The position numbers were made by a program, and so were the translations under genes. From assembly GCA_963784055.1 (NCBI GenBank), contig CAWAPY010000011.1, positions 276,069-340,068 of the forward strand: DNA of 64,000 nucleotides, read 5' to 3'. A model generated the notes under the pieces. That model saw only the letters and a list, made by a program, of their open reading frames with translations. It was not told the DNA's origin and did no database searches. This stretch comes from an uncultured Actinomycetota bacterium. GTDB taxonomy: Bacteria; Actinomycetota; UBA4738; HRBIN12. Below, piece after piece: positions 1 through 11,620 of the stretch (positions are counted from its first letter, which is position 1; every line of letters starts with the position of its first letter).

Positions 1-719
1 CCACGAAGGCACCTGAGGACGGCGATGCGACCGCGATGTTGTTCCCGTCCGGCGACCACGACAGGGAAGAGATCCCCGTGACCGTTGGGACACTCGTTCT
101 TTCGTCGGTTGCGGGGTCGAGCAGAACGAGCTCCGCTGAGCCCGAGCGTTGGGTCGCGAATGCGAGTTGCTCCCTCGCGGGTGACCAAGCCCAGATCCAA
201 CCCGGGGGATCCGTGCCGGCCGAGGACGTCACCTGGACCGGGGGATCCGTCCGCATCTGCCACCCACAGCCCGGACGTGCACGATTCGGTGCCCCCGCCG
301 GTGCACCCCTGCTCCCAGGCGATCCAACCTCCTTCGGCCGAGAGGGCGAACTCGTCGATGTATCCACAATCCGGGTCGCCCGACGCGACGACGCATCCAT
401 GGATGAGGCGTTGCGATCCGGTCCCGAGATCCGTGGCGACGAATGTCGCGGAATCGCCGAACTGATCCACGACCTGGAGCACCTCCCCGTCGCGAAGGAT
501 CCCGGGTGCGTTCCTGCCCACGTCTTTGTTTTCGGGGGCGGACCGGAGGATCGCCGAGCCCACGATCGCCACAGTGATCGCGATCGCGAGACCGACGACC
601 CCTGCCGTGAACCGCGTCCGCGCACGCTTGCGGTCGCGCCTGCGGTAGAACGACTCCAAGGTGTAGGACTCGGATCCCGCGCGGGCGAGGCCGCGCTCGA
701 TGACGCGTCCGGGGATCAT
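1..719 (-). pseudogene. membrane-anchored TolB-like beta-propeller protein downstream of ECF sigma (candidate anti-sigma/sensor); runs off window start; one frame break
   Basis: Absent from the ORF track (no stop in window). ATG at 719 overlaps the sigma stop (ATGA). Own translation: MIPGRVIERGLARAGSESYTLESFYRRRDRKRARTRFTAGVVGLAIAITVAIVGSAILRSAPENKD...GGWIAWEQG...LWVADADGS, i.e. a short cytoplasmic part, one TM helix, then an outer domain. Around 200-240 the sensible reading moves to another frame (WSPRREQLAFATQRSGSAELVLLDPATDERTSVPTVTGISSLSWSPDGNNIAV), which shows TolB/WD40-like SWSPDG blades. Confidence 0.5.
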
Positions 720-1252
720 CCATCGGGATCCTCCATCGTCGCGAGGGCCACACGCGCCTGATGCGTGAGGGCCCATACCGTCGTTGCCTTGATGCCGAGC
801 AACCGCCCCGCCTCCTCGCCCGAATAGCCGAGCGCCTCGGTGAGCACCAGCGCCGCGCGTTGACGAGGGGACAGCGATCCGAGCCTCCGCAACGCGAGAT
901 CGCGGTCGTCCACCTCGGCGAAGACATCGCGAGGCGGACCGATCGCAACGGCTCGGCGGAGCCCAACCGCGGCCCGCCGATACCTGCTTCGGAATTGGTT
1001 CATCGCGACGCGGTGCAGGTACCCCTCCGGGTTGTCCATCTTCGCCACGGTCTCCCAGCGCTCGAACACGCGAAGGAACGCCTCTTGGGTGATGTCCTCG
1101 GCTTCCGAGCGACTCCCGGTGATCACCCGCATGACACGGATGAGACGGTCCTTCTCGGCGTGGAAGAAGTCCTCGAAGGTGGACGGCCCGGACTCCCCCT
1201 GCACCACGGAAGCATTCCGCCTCTCCTCGATGCGCGCCACCTCACCCATCAC
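716..1252 (-). CDS. ECF-type RNA polymerase sigma-70 family factor
   Basis: Track ORF, 178 aa. Region 2 (SRSEAEDITQEAFLRVFERW...YLHRVAMNQFRSRYR) and region 4 HTH (LSPRQRAALVLTEALGYSGEEAGRLLGIKATTVWALTHQARVAL). Confidence 0.9.
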   Translation of the reverse strand: MMGEVARIEERRNASVVQGESGPSTFEDFFHAEKDRLIRVMRVITGSRSEAEDITQEAFLRVFERWETVAKMDNPEGYLHRVAMNQFRSRYRRAAVGLRRAVAIGPPRDVFAEVDDRDLALRRLGSLSPRQRAALVLTEALGYSGEEAGRLLGIKATTVWALTHQARVALATMEDPDG

Positions 1253-1410
1253 GTCGGTCTAACGCGCGAGGCGTCTGGAACCTGTAGCCGGCCGAGACGC
1301 GCGGTTCTTCACGCCGTTCACCGCTCGGAAGGGGGAGTCCGAAAGGGAGGGAACAGCTGCCGAGGATCATGGACGAACCGGGCTGCGAGCCGGGCGTCAG
1401 CTGAGCGGAC

Positions 1411-3876
1411 TCAGGTTTCGAGCCGGCTTCGGAGTGCGCGATCCAGCGCGTCGAGGTCGCCGGCGAGCTTGGGACCGAGCGCGTCCCGAACGTAGAAGGA
1501 GTCGATGACCCTGCCTTCGTAGGTCGCCACCTTCGCCAGGTGCACGTCGATGTCGAGCTCGGCGAAGGTCCTGGTGATGTCGTAGAGGAGACCGAGCCGG
1601 TCCGGAGCGCCGACCTCGATCACGGTCGAGAAGTCCGAGGCATCGTTGTCCACCGCGACCGTGACGGGCGTCGGCACCCTCGGTGCCGGATACCAGCGTC
1701 GCTTCTCGTCCACCCGCCGTTCGAGCGAGATCGAGCCGTCGACCGCGCGCCGGAGCACCCCGCGGAACTCGCGCCAGCGGCGCTCGGGCACCTCGGGCTC
1801 CCAGACGCCCTCCACCTCGAAGAGGTCGGCGGCGACCCCGTCGTCGGTGGTGAACACGTGCGCGGTGAGGATCGACATCCCTGCGAGCGCGAGCGATCCC
1901 GCGATCCACGACAGGAGTCCCGCGCGATCCCTGGCGACGACGAGCACCTCGTAGGTGCCGGGTCGCGTCCCATCGAGATGCACCGCGCGGACGTCCTTGG
2001 CGCCCACGGGCGGCGCGATCGTCGCGTAGTGCCTGGCGACGCGGGCGAGGTCGGCGGCGAGGAGGTAGGCCCGCGGCATCCGTCGGAGGAAACGCTCGAC
2101 CTCCTCCCGCGGCTCGTCGTCCAGGATGCCGCGGATCCGGTCGATCCGGTCCGCGAGCTGTTCCGCGATCTCGGTCCCCATCTCACCGCGCTCGAGGACG
2201 TGCTCGACCTTCGCCACGAGCTCGTGGATGAGCGTCTGCCTCCACGACGTCCACGCGGCGGGCCCGGTGGCCTCGGCATCGGCCTTGGCGAGCAGGTACA
2301 GGGCGGCGAGCCGATCGGCGGAACCCACCACGGCCGCGACGTCGAGCACGAGGTTCTCGTCGGAGAGATCTCGGCGGGTGGCGGTGTCGGGCAGGAGCAG
2401 ATGCCGTTCCGACCATGAAGCAGACGAGTTCGCGCGCCTGCGGCTCGACACCCATCCGGTCGAGGATCGACGCGACGACCCGCGCGCCGACCGGCACGTG
2501 CCCACCCTCCCCGTTCTTGCCGATGTCGTGCAGGAGCGCCCCGAGGAGCAGCGGATCGCGGTCGGGAACCTGGCCGACGGCCTCGGCCTGCACCGGATCG
2601 TCGCCTGCCCCCTCGCCCGCGAGGAGCCGGCCCATCACGCGGAGCGACCCCGTGAGATGGGCGTCCACCGTGAGGCGGTGGTAGGGATCACGCTGCGGAC
2701 GACAGCGCACGTCGGACCACCCCGGGAGGAACGCGGCGAGGATCCCCAGGCGGTCGAGGGCCTCGAGCGACGCCGCGCCCCGGTCGCCCGCCCGGAGCAG
2801 TCGCGAGAAGGCGACTCGCACATCCTCGTCCCACACCACCTCCTCGCGGATGCCGAGGTCGTCGATGGAATCGAGCAGAGCCGCCGACGGCTCCCGATCG
2901 GCCTCCGCCTCGGCGGCGAGGGCCTCGAGCGCACCGGCCGGCGTCGTCGGTGGCGCGATCGGCGACGCGCCCACCTCGCGGAGCCGCTCGATCACCGCGC
3001 GGAAGACGAACTCGACCTCACGCGCGTGCTCGAATAGGGCTCGCATCAGGCCGTCGATCGCGATGAGCCGCGGCTCGTCCTCGAACCCCATCGCCCGCGC
3101 GATCGCGGGCTGATGATCGAGGACCAGCCGCTCCCCCCGCTTCCCCGTCTCGAGGTGGAGGGCGCTCCGGGCCCGGACGAGGAACTCCTCCGCGGCCGCG
3201 AGCGCTTCGCGCTCGCGGCCGCGGAGCAGCCCGGCCTCCTCCAGCGGCATGCCGACCGCCGACTCGAGCAGCCAGATGGAGTGGAGGTCGCGCCATCCGC
3301 CCGCACCTTCCTTGAGGTCGGGCTCGAGCAGGTGGGCGGTGGAGCCGAAGCGCTCGGCGCGCCGCGCGGCGTCGTCGCGGAGCGACTGCGCGAACGCGCG
3401 CGGGTCCCGCCGAGCCCACCCCTCGATCCTCGCGGCGACGTCCGCCACCAGGGTCTCGTCGCCGGCGAGGAAGCGGATATCCACCATCGCGGCGCCCACA
3501 TCGAGCCGGCCGGCGGCCGCTTCGCACTCCTGGGGCGTCCGCACCGCATGACCGACCTCGAGACCCGTCGTTCCAGAGTGGATACAGGAGCGCGTCCGCG
3601 AGCCGCGCCACCACGTCCGGATCGGAACCGTCGTGGAGGACGAGTAGGTCGATGTCGGACCGCGGGAAGGAGCAGCCCTCGCCCGTATCCCCCCACCGCC
3701 GCGATCGCCGTCCCGGGCGGCGCGCCGGCGCGTGCGAACAGCGCGACGATCGCCGCGTCCACGAGCTCCGAGCGTCGGCGTGCCGCCCACACCCCGTGGT
3801 GCCCGGACGAGTAGGCCCGCTCCAGCGCCCGCACCTCGGCCCGGAGCGTTCCAACGGGGTCGGGTGCTGCGGCCAC
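1411..3876 (-). pseudogene. glnD: [protein-PII] uridylyltransferase/uridylyl-removing enzyme GlnD, three frame breaks as sequenced
   Basis: The conceptual product runs through four minus-strand track ORFs. 3046..3876: MAAAPDPVGTLRAE...AAVGGYGRG. 3018..3854: SFPRSDIDLLVLHDG...LYPLWNDG, the nucleotidyltransferase part. 2183..3790: LEVGHAVRTPQEC..., HD domain LLLGALLHDIGK. 1411..2505: two C-terminal ACT domains, VLVVARDRAGLLSWIAGSLA and VIEVGAPDRLGLLYDITRTFAE. Breaks lie near 3670, 3563 and 2410; at 3563 and 2410 deleting one base restores the frame. Confidence 0.85.
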
Positions 3877-3883
3877 GGGAGTG

Positions 3884-5167
<1,284 letters not shown>

Positions 5168-5171
<4 letters not shown>

Positions 5172-6064
5172 TCCCCGACGGCCTTCTTGCGGGCCGCCGG
5201 CTTCTTCGCTGCCGGCTTCTTGGCCGCCGGCTTCTTGGCCGCCGTCTTCTTCCGGGCCGTGGCCTTCGTCTTGGTAGCCGGCTCCGCCTTGGCTTCCTTC
5301 TTGGCGGCGGCGACCGAGGCCTTCAACGCCTCCATCAGGTCGACGACCTTGGCGGTGGGCTCGGCCTCGACGACCTCGATCTCCTCGCCGTTGATCTTCG
5401 CCTCGACGATGCGGAGCATGGCCTCGCGGTAGTCGTCGTTGAACTCCTCGGGCTCCCAGTCGGCCGAGAGGTTGTCGATCAGCGTCTGCGCCATGTCCAG
5501 CTCGTTCGACGCACCTTCATGGTCGACGTCGACGCCGCCGAAGTCCGCCTCGCGGATCTCGTCGGGCCAGTACATCGTCTCGAGGACGAAGGCGTCGTCG
5601 CTGAACCGCAGCGCGGCGAGGTGCTCCTTGTCGCGGAAGCTGACCTTCGCCACGCCCACCTTGCCCGGCGTTGAGCGCCTCCCGCAGCAGCGCGTAGGCT
5701 TTCGCGCCGGTCTCTTCGGGCACCAGGTAATAGGACTTCTTGTACATCATCGGGATCGATCTCCTCGAGATCGACGAACTGCTGGATGTCGATGGCGCGG
5801 GAGGACTCGACGGGGATCGCCTCGAAGTCGTCGTCCGTCAGGATCACGTAGCGATCCTTCTCGTACTCGTACCCCTTGACGATGTGCTCGTAGCCGACCT
5901 CCTCGCCGTCGATCGGCGCACACGCGCTTCATCCGGATCCGTCCGCCGTCGTCGTCGTGGAGCTGGTTGAAGCGCAGGGTCTTCTCCTCGGTGGCCGGGT
6001 AGACGCTCACGGGGATCGTCACCAGGCCGAAGGAGATGGCTCCTTTCCACATCGCTCGGGGCAT
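5168..6064 (-). pseudogene. ku: NHEJ DNA end-binding protein Ku, three frame breaks as sequenced
   Basis: Stitched from four track ORFs. 5747..6118: MPRAMWKGAISFGLVTIPVSVYPATEEKTLRFNQLH, Met at 6064. The frame of 5479..5847: PIDGEEVGYEHIVKGYEYEKDRYVILTDDDFEAIPVESSRAIDIQQFVDLEEID. 5517..5750: MMYKKSYYLVPEETGAKAYALLREAL. 5168..5659: KVGVAKVSFRDKEHLAALR...MYWPDEIR, then a Lys/Ala/Pro tail. Frame changes lie near 5915, 5752 and 5675. Confidence 0.9.
5181..5255. repeat. five imperfect 15-nt tandem units inside the ku 3' end
   Basis: The + strand reads gccttcttgcgggcc / gccggcttcttcgct / gccggcttcttggcc / gccggcttcttggcc / gccgtcttcttccgg. On the minus strand this encodes the tail TAAKKPAAKKPAAKKPAARKK. 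Confidence 0.85.
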
Positions 6065-6235
6065 GGTCGTCCTCCCGTCGTCATCGGTCTGTCCGCAAGC
6101 ACGGGTCGCTTGATCCATGCGTCCCCGGGGTCGCGTCTCATCCTAGTCGCGCCCGGGGACACCGCGGCCGCCGGGACGGCCCGCGGTCGCCCGCTCGACC
6201 GCGGGGGAAACCGTCCTCAGGCGTAGCATCGAGCG

Positions 6236-8802
6236 ATGCCGCCCCGCCGACGCGACCACGTCATCCGGCCCCGCGTTCACGCTCGACCTTCCGAAGGCCC
6301 TCGAGGCGCGGAAAGACGGCGACGCGTGGTGGGTCGAGGTCGACGGCCGCGAGCTCCGCCTCTCGAACCTGGACAAGGTCTTCTGGCCTGCGGAGGGCTA
6401 CACGAAGGGCGACCTGATCGCCTACTACTTGAACGTTGCGCGATCTGATCGCCCCACCTCCACGGGCGGCCACTCACGATGAAGCGGATGCCCGACGGCG
6501 GCGGAGGGCCCCATTTCTACGAGAAGACCGCGCTCCTCCCACACGCCGGACTGGGTCCACCGCTGCAGGTCCCTCCGAGGACGCGAAGCGTGGCCGGATC
6601 GACTACCTGATGGTCGACGACACCGCGACGCTGCTTTCGTCGCGAACCTCGGCTGCATCGAGATGCATCCGCTGCACTCGCGCTGCGAGACGTCGCGCAT
6701 CCCGACTACCTGTTCTTCGACCTGGACCCGTTCGAGCCGTACACGTACGAGGACGTCCTGGCCGTCGCTCGCCACATGCAAGGTCGTCCTCGACCAGCTC
6801 GGGCTGACAGCCTATCCCGAAGACGCGCGGGGCCACGGGACTCCAGATCTACGTTCCGATGCAGCGCGGGCCGCTACACCTACGGCCAGGTCCGGGCGTT
6901 CGTCGGCGCGTGCGGCCGGTTGATCGCGAGGGCCGACCCCGACCGCGTGACGATGGCGTGGCGGGTCGCCGACCGCGCCGGGAAGGTCTTCATCGACCAC
7001 AACATGAACCGACAGGGCGCGAACATCGCCGCCGCGTATTCGCTGCGCCCGGAGCCGCGCGCGCCCGTCTCGACGCCACTCACGTGGGAGGAGGTCGACG
7101 AGGGCGGGTTCGAGCCCCAGGACTTCCGGATCGACAACGTCTGGGAGCGGTTCGACGGCGTCGGCGACCTGTTCGCGGGCGTGCGCGAGGGCCCGGTCGA
7201 CGACCTCGACGGGCGCGTTCGGCGCGCTCGGCGTCGAGCCCGAGGAGGACGACCGAGCGCCCGGCCGCTCCCGCGGACCGCGGCCCGACCGTCGACGCGG
7301 AAGACCTCCGACGAGATCGTGCGCGCGTCGAAGGACCCGAACCTGTTCGAGTACGTGCGCAGGCGCGAGTTCGGCGAGGCCGGCACGACCGAGCCGGCGC
7401 CCGGCGAGCAGGCCGGCGACGGGCAACTCGTTCGTGATCCACAAGCACCGGGCGACGCGGCTGCACTACGACGTGCGGCTCGAGCGCGAGGGCGGCGCTG
7501 CCGTCGTGGGCGGTGCCCGAAGGGCCTGCCGACCAGCAAGGGCGACAAGCGGACTCGCCGTGCGAGACCGAGGTCCACCCGCTCGAGTACGGATCGTTCG
7601 AAGGGACGATCCCCGAGGGGCACTACGGCGCCGGCGAGGTCCGGATCTTCGACGACGGCTGGTACGAGCCGGTCGAGTGGACCGACACGAAGGTGAGCTT
7701 CCGGCTCCACGGCCGCCGGTACCCGGGGCTGGAGTTCCACTTCGTGAAGACGCGGACCGACTGGCTGGCGTTCCTCGCGAGCGCGCAGGACGCGCCGCTG
7801 ATCGCCTCGCCTCCGCGGTTCCAGCCGATGCTCGCCGAGGGCGGCGGCGAGCGCGTTCGACGACCGACGGTGGCGGTTCGAGCCGAAGCTCGACGGCATC
7901 CGGTGCCCTCGCCGAGATGGCGACCGGCGAGACGGTGCTCCGCACGCGCACGGGGCGCGACGCGTCGGAGACCAATACCCCGAGCTCCACATGATCCACG
8001 AGCTCGTCGACCAGGTGAACGCGGTGATCGACGGCGAGATCGTGGCGTTCGACGCGGACGGGCGGAACTCCTTCGAGACGCTCCAGCAGCGGATGAACCT
8101 GCGGAACGAGCGCGAGATCGAGCGGGTGCGACGCAGGATCCCCGTCACGCTCGTGGTCGTTCGACCTGCTGTGGCTCGACGGACGCGACATCACCGGGCT
8201 TCGCCTCGAGGAGCGACGCGAGCTCCTCGAGCTGATCGTCGAGGAGGACGACCGGCTGCAGCTATGAGCTACGTGGAGGGCGACGGCACGGCGTTCGTCG
8301 AGGCGGCGCGCGCGCTGCGGCCTCGAGGGCGTGGTGGCCAAGCGGCCGGGGTCGCCGTACGTCCCGGGCAGCGCCGCCACGACTGGCGGAAGATCAAGCT
8401 GCGGCTCGACCCAGGACTGCGTGATCCTGGGATGGACGCCGGGTCAGGGAGGCCGGGCGGGGAGCTTCGGCGCGCTGCTGGTGGGCGCGATCGACGACGG
8501 CACGATGCGGTGGGTCGGCCAGGTCGGCACCGGGTTCAACCACCAGATGCTGGACCGGCTGATGGAACAGCTCGCGCCGCTCGTGCGCGAAGATCCCCCC
8601 GATCGACGACCCATCGCTGCGCAAGGTCAAGGGGGCCAGGTTCGTGGAGCCGGAGCTCGTCTGCGAGGTCGAGTACCTGGAGATGACGAAGGCGACGGGG
8701 AAGATGCGGGCGCCGTCGTTCCGCGGTCTGCGCCCCGACAAGACGCCCGACGAGTGCGTGCTCGAACCACCCGCCTTCGACAAGATCCGTCGGAAGCGAT
8801 AG
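6236..8802 (+). pseudogene. ligD: multidomain NHEJ ligase LigD (polymerase/primase - phosphoesterase - ATP-dependent ligase), about 22 frame breaks as sequenced
   Basis: Conserved LigD sequence can only be followed by hopping among all three + frames (track ORFs starting 6236, 6436, 6663, 6776, 7434, 7513, 7991, 8331 plus unlisted stretches). Pol motifs: LSNLDKVFWPAEGYTKGDLIAYYLNVA, HLHGRPLTMKRMPDG, DYLFFDLDPFEPYTYEDVLAVA, GLQIYVPM, VFIDHNMNRQGANIAAAYSLRP. PE motifs: FVIHKHRATRLHYDVRLE, AVPKGLPTSKGDKR, EVHPLEYGSFEGTIPEGHYGAGEV. Ligase motifs: WRFEPKLDGIRC, IDGEIVAFD, VVAKRPGSPYVPG, DWRKIKL, GTGFN, KMRAPSFRGLRPDK. Stop TAG at 8800-8802. Confidence 0.9.
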
Positions 8803-8811
8803 CGCGGCGCG

Positions 8812-9315
8812 TCAGAACGGCTCGAACCCCGCCCGGACGAGCATCGCTCGGACGTCTCGCTCCTCCATGCCCTTGCCGATCAACTCCTGGTACAGGCGGA
8901 CGGCGCCCATCGAGCGCCCGCAGCGGGGACAGAACGCATGGTCCTCGGCGAAGGGGACCTGGCACCATGGGCATCGCGTGAGCTCGATCCGGCGATCGGG
9001 CTCGAGGCCCGTGTCCGTGAGCGCATCCACGTAGCCCTTGCCGTAGTCCCACTGGATGTACTCCTCCTCCACGATGTCGAACGCAGGCTCGTGCATGCGG
9101 GGCTCACCCGACTGGAGCATGTGCTCGAGGTTGTCCCGGAGGAGCTCCCATTCGTAGAAGTGATTCGCCCCGCACTCCTGACACGCGATCACGACGCCCT
9201 TCACGCTCTGGCTGGCGAAGACCGCGCGCATCGACGAGAGATCGTCCAGGTCCGACTGGATGTCCCGCCGCTCCTCCGCGGTGAGCTCGTACGGCTCGTC
9301 TCGTTCGTCGTCCAT
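8812..9315 (-). CDS. DUF5319-like conserved actinobacterial protein with C-terminal zinc-ribbon extension
   Basis: This is the last 167 aa of the artefactual 800-aa track ORF 8812..11214: MDDERDEPYELTAEERRDIQSDLDDLSSMRAVFASQSVKGVVIACQECGANHFYEWELLRDNLEHMLQSGEPRMHEPAFD...YIQWDYGKGYVDAL. From memory the core resembles Rv3412-type DUF5319. The tail CPWCQVPFAEDHAFCPRCG is a CxxC...CxxC ribbon. The ATG overlaps the upstream gene stop by 1 nt. Confidence 0.7.
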   Translation of the reverse strand: MDDERDEPYELTAEERRDIQSDLDDLSSMRAVFASQSVKGVVIACQECGANHFYEWELLRDNLEHMLQSGEPRMHEPAFDIVEEEYIQWDYGKGYVDALTDTGLEPDRRIELTRCPWCQVPFAEDHAFCPRCGRSMGAVRLYQELIGKGMEERDVRAMLVRAGFEPF

Positions 9316-10020
9316 CAGTCGTCCTCGTCGTCGGTCATTCGGAACCCACGGAAGCCCTCCGCGAACTCGCAGCCCGCCCGCTCCCCCAGCTCCCGGGCGC
9401 GGGCGGTGACCCGTTCCTCGACATCCGGTCCCAGCTGCGAAGCGTGTGCGGACAGCGCCTTGAGCTTGACCGCGAGCGTGTCCGTGATGTCGACGAACGT
9501 GTCCGCCTCCTCCGCCGACAGATAGAGGTTCGGGACCTCGAACGGTTCCAGGCCTTCGTCCTCCAGCTCCTGGAACATCACGCGGGTCGGGTGCATCCGG
9601 CATCACGGCGCAGAGCGCGAGCTCGCCCGCGGCCTTGTGGTCCGAGTGGTTGATGTAGCCGCTCCCGCTCCACAAGCGCGACGGATCGGGCGCCACGAGC
9701 ACGTCGGGGCGGAGCCGGCGAACCTCCCGGGTCACTTTCCTCCTCGTCTCCGGGGATACCGCGAGGAACCCGTCCACCTCGCCGAGGAACGTGACCGATG
9801 CGACGCCCAGGATGTCGGCCGCGGCCCGCATCTCCCGCTCTCGGACCTCGCGCATCGCCTCGCGCGTGGTCCCCGGCTCGTTCGACCCCGCGGACCCGTC
9901 CGTGGCACAGACGTAGTGCACGTCGCAGCCTTCCCGGCTCCAGCGCGCGACCGTCCCGCCGCAGAAGAACTCGGCGTCGTCGGGGTGCGCGAAGAGGACC
10001 ATCGCCCGAGAGAAGGACAT
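9315..10020 (-). pseudogene. PIG-L/LmbE family N-acetylglucosaminyl deacetylase (MshB/Mca-like), one frame break
   Basis: The N-terminal part sits in the frame of ORF 8812..11214: MSFSRAMVLFAHPDDAEFFCGGTVARW...CATDGSAG...YINHSDHKAAGELAL, with AHPDD and HxDH motifs. The C-terminal 93 aa is ORF 9315..9596 (HPTRVMFQELE...LSAHASQL...FRGFR). The frame changes near 9600. Confidence 0.8.
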
Positions 10021-10101
10021 CACAGGCAGGGTAGCGCCTCGCACCGGAGAGCACGCGGGCACCGGCTTTACCTGCCTCCGGAGCACGCCGATATCGAAGA
10101 C

Positions 10102-11577
10102 ATGCTCTTCGAGCGCCTCCGTGCCACCTCCATCGTGTGGCGATTCGCCGTCACCAGCCTGGTCGTGTTCTGTCTGATCGGCGTGGGGATCGGCGCCCTC
10201 CGGGCCGGGGATCTGCGGACCCGCTCCGAGGAGGCGGCCACGGTGCGGGCGGAGCTGATCGCCGAGAGCGTGATCGCTCCCCTCCTCGTCCCCGAGGACC
10301 TCCAGGGCCCGATCCACGGGGCGCGCTATCAGGTCCTCGATCGCGCGATCCACGAGTTCGCGATGGAAGACGCGGGCGTGAAGCGCGTCAAGATCTGGAA
10401 CGTCGACGGCATGGTGGTCTTCTCGAACGATCGCGAGCAGGTGGGACTCCGCCCCGAGATGGAAGAGGATCTGCACGAGGCGTTCGAAGGCGAGGTCGCG
10501 AGCGAGATCTCGGACCTGAGCGAAGCGGAGAACGTGAGCGAGCGAGCGCTCGCCGATGAGCTCTTCGAGACGTACGTGCCCGTGCACCTGTCGGGCGACA
10601 CCGAGTCCGACGAGGTGGACGCGGTGATCGAGGTCTACCAGGACTACTCTGCGATCCAGCTCGAGATCGACCACTTGAACGACACGCTGAAGATCTCGCT
10701 CGGGATCGGACTCCTGGTCCTCTACGTGTTCCTCCTGCCCGTGATGGTCGGCACCACCCGGACCCTCCGTCGCCAGAACGCACAGCTGTCGGAGCAGGCC
10801 GATCAGCTGGGAGTCCTGTTGGCGCGTGAGCAGGAGACGGTGGCGGAGCTCCGCGAGCTCGACCGACTGAAGAGCGACTTCGCGGCCGCGGCCTCCCACG
10901 AGCTCCGCACACCGCTGACCACGATCCACGGCTACGCCGAGCTCCTCAAGGATCGAGGGGCTGCCGACGATCCCGGCACGAAGGATGCGATCGACGCGAT
11001 CGTTCGGCAGACGGGGCACCTGCAACGCCTCGTCGGCAACCTCCTCCGGGAGGCGCAGCTCGAGCACGGCAGTCACGAAACGCGGGAGGAGCCCACGTCG
11101 ATCGCCGACGTGCTGGGGAACGTCCGCCAGGGGTTCCCGGGGTCCGTGGGTCGCATCCTGGTCAGGACGGAGCAGGATCTCCCGAGGATGACGCTCGATC
11201 CCGTGACGCTGCACGAGATCGTCGCCAACCTCGTCGACAACGCCCTGAAGTACTCCACGCCCGGCGCCCCCGTCGAGGTCACGGCGGAGGTCGAGGGGAA
11301 CGCACTGGTGATCCGGGTCCGCGACGAGGGCGACGGGATCCCTCCGGGCGATCTCCCTCGGATCTTCGATCGCTTCACGCAGATCGACGGATCATCGACT
11401 CGAGCCCACGGTGGTGTCGGGCTGGGGCTGCACCTCGTCCGAGAGCTCACTCGGCGCTCCGGCGGCGAGGTCGCCGTAGACAGCGTGATGGGGAAGGGCA
11501 CCACGTTCACCGTCTCGATCCCCATCTCGGCGGCCGGTCAGCCGGATCCGCAGCATCCCGAGATGACCACGGCCTGA
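10102..11577 (+). CDS. sensor histidine kinase (two TM helices, extracytoplasmic sensor, HisKA + HATPase_c)
   Basis: Track ORF 9637..11577 trimmed to ATG 10102, because the upstream part is antisense to the deacetylase. H-box AAASHELRTPLTTIHGYAELL, N-box IVANLVDNALKYS, G-boxes DEGDGIP, GGVGLGLHLV and GKGTTF. No response regulator gene is adjacent. Confidence 0.9.
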   Translation: MLFERLRATSIVWRFAVTSLVVFCLIGVGIGALRAGDLRTRSEEAATVRAELIAESVIAPLLVPEDLQGPIHGARYQVLDRAIHEFAMEDAGVKRVKIWNVDGMVVFSNDREQVGLRPEMEEDLHEAFEGEVASEISDLSEAENVSERALADELFETYVPVHLSGDTESDEVDAVIEVYQDYSAIQLEIDHLNDTLKISLGIGLLVLYVFLLPVMVGTTRTLRRQNAQLSEQADQLGVLLAREQETVAELRELDRLKSDFAAAASHELRTPLTTIHGYAELLKDRGAADDPGTKDAIDAIVRQTGHLQRLVGNLLREAQLEHGSHETREEPTSIADVLGNVRQGFPGSVGRILVRTEQDLPRMTLDPVTLHEIVANLVDNALKYSTPGAPVEVTAEVEGNALVIRVRDEGDGIPPGDLPRIFDRFTQIDGSSTRAHGGVGLGLHLVRELTRRSGGEVAVDSVMGKGTTFTVSIPISAAGQPDPQHPEMTTA

Positions 11578-11620
11578 GCTCCTCGCTCGAACCGGTGAGG
11601 CCTGTGGTTCGATAGCGGCG

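Noticed and set aside
5181-5255. 15-nt tandem repeat as a non-coding VNTR or mini-array
   Set aside because: It lies inside the ku reading frame and simply encodes the (KKPAA)n basic tail.
8812-11214. 800-aa minus-strand ORF, the longest in this area
   Set aside because: It is a read-through artefact. Only the last 167 aa (DUF5319-like) and the preceding ~140 aa (deacetylase N-terminus) look like protein. The 5' 1.2 kb is antisense to the histidine kinase and is R/G/P/H-rich with no motifs.
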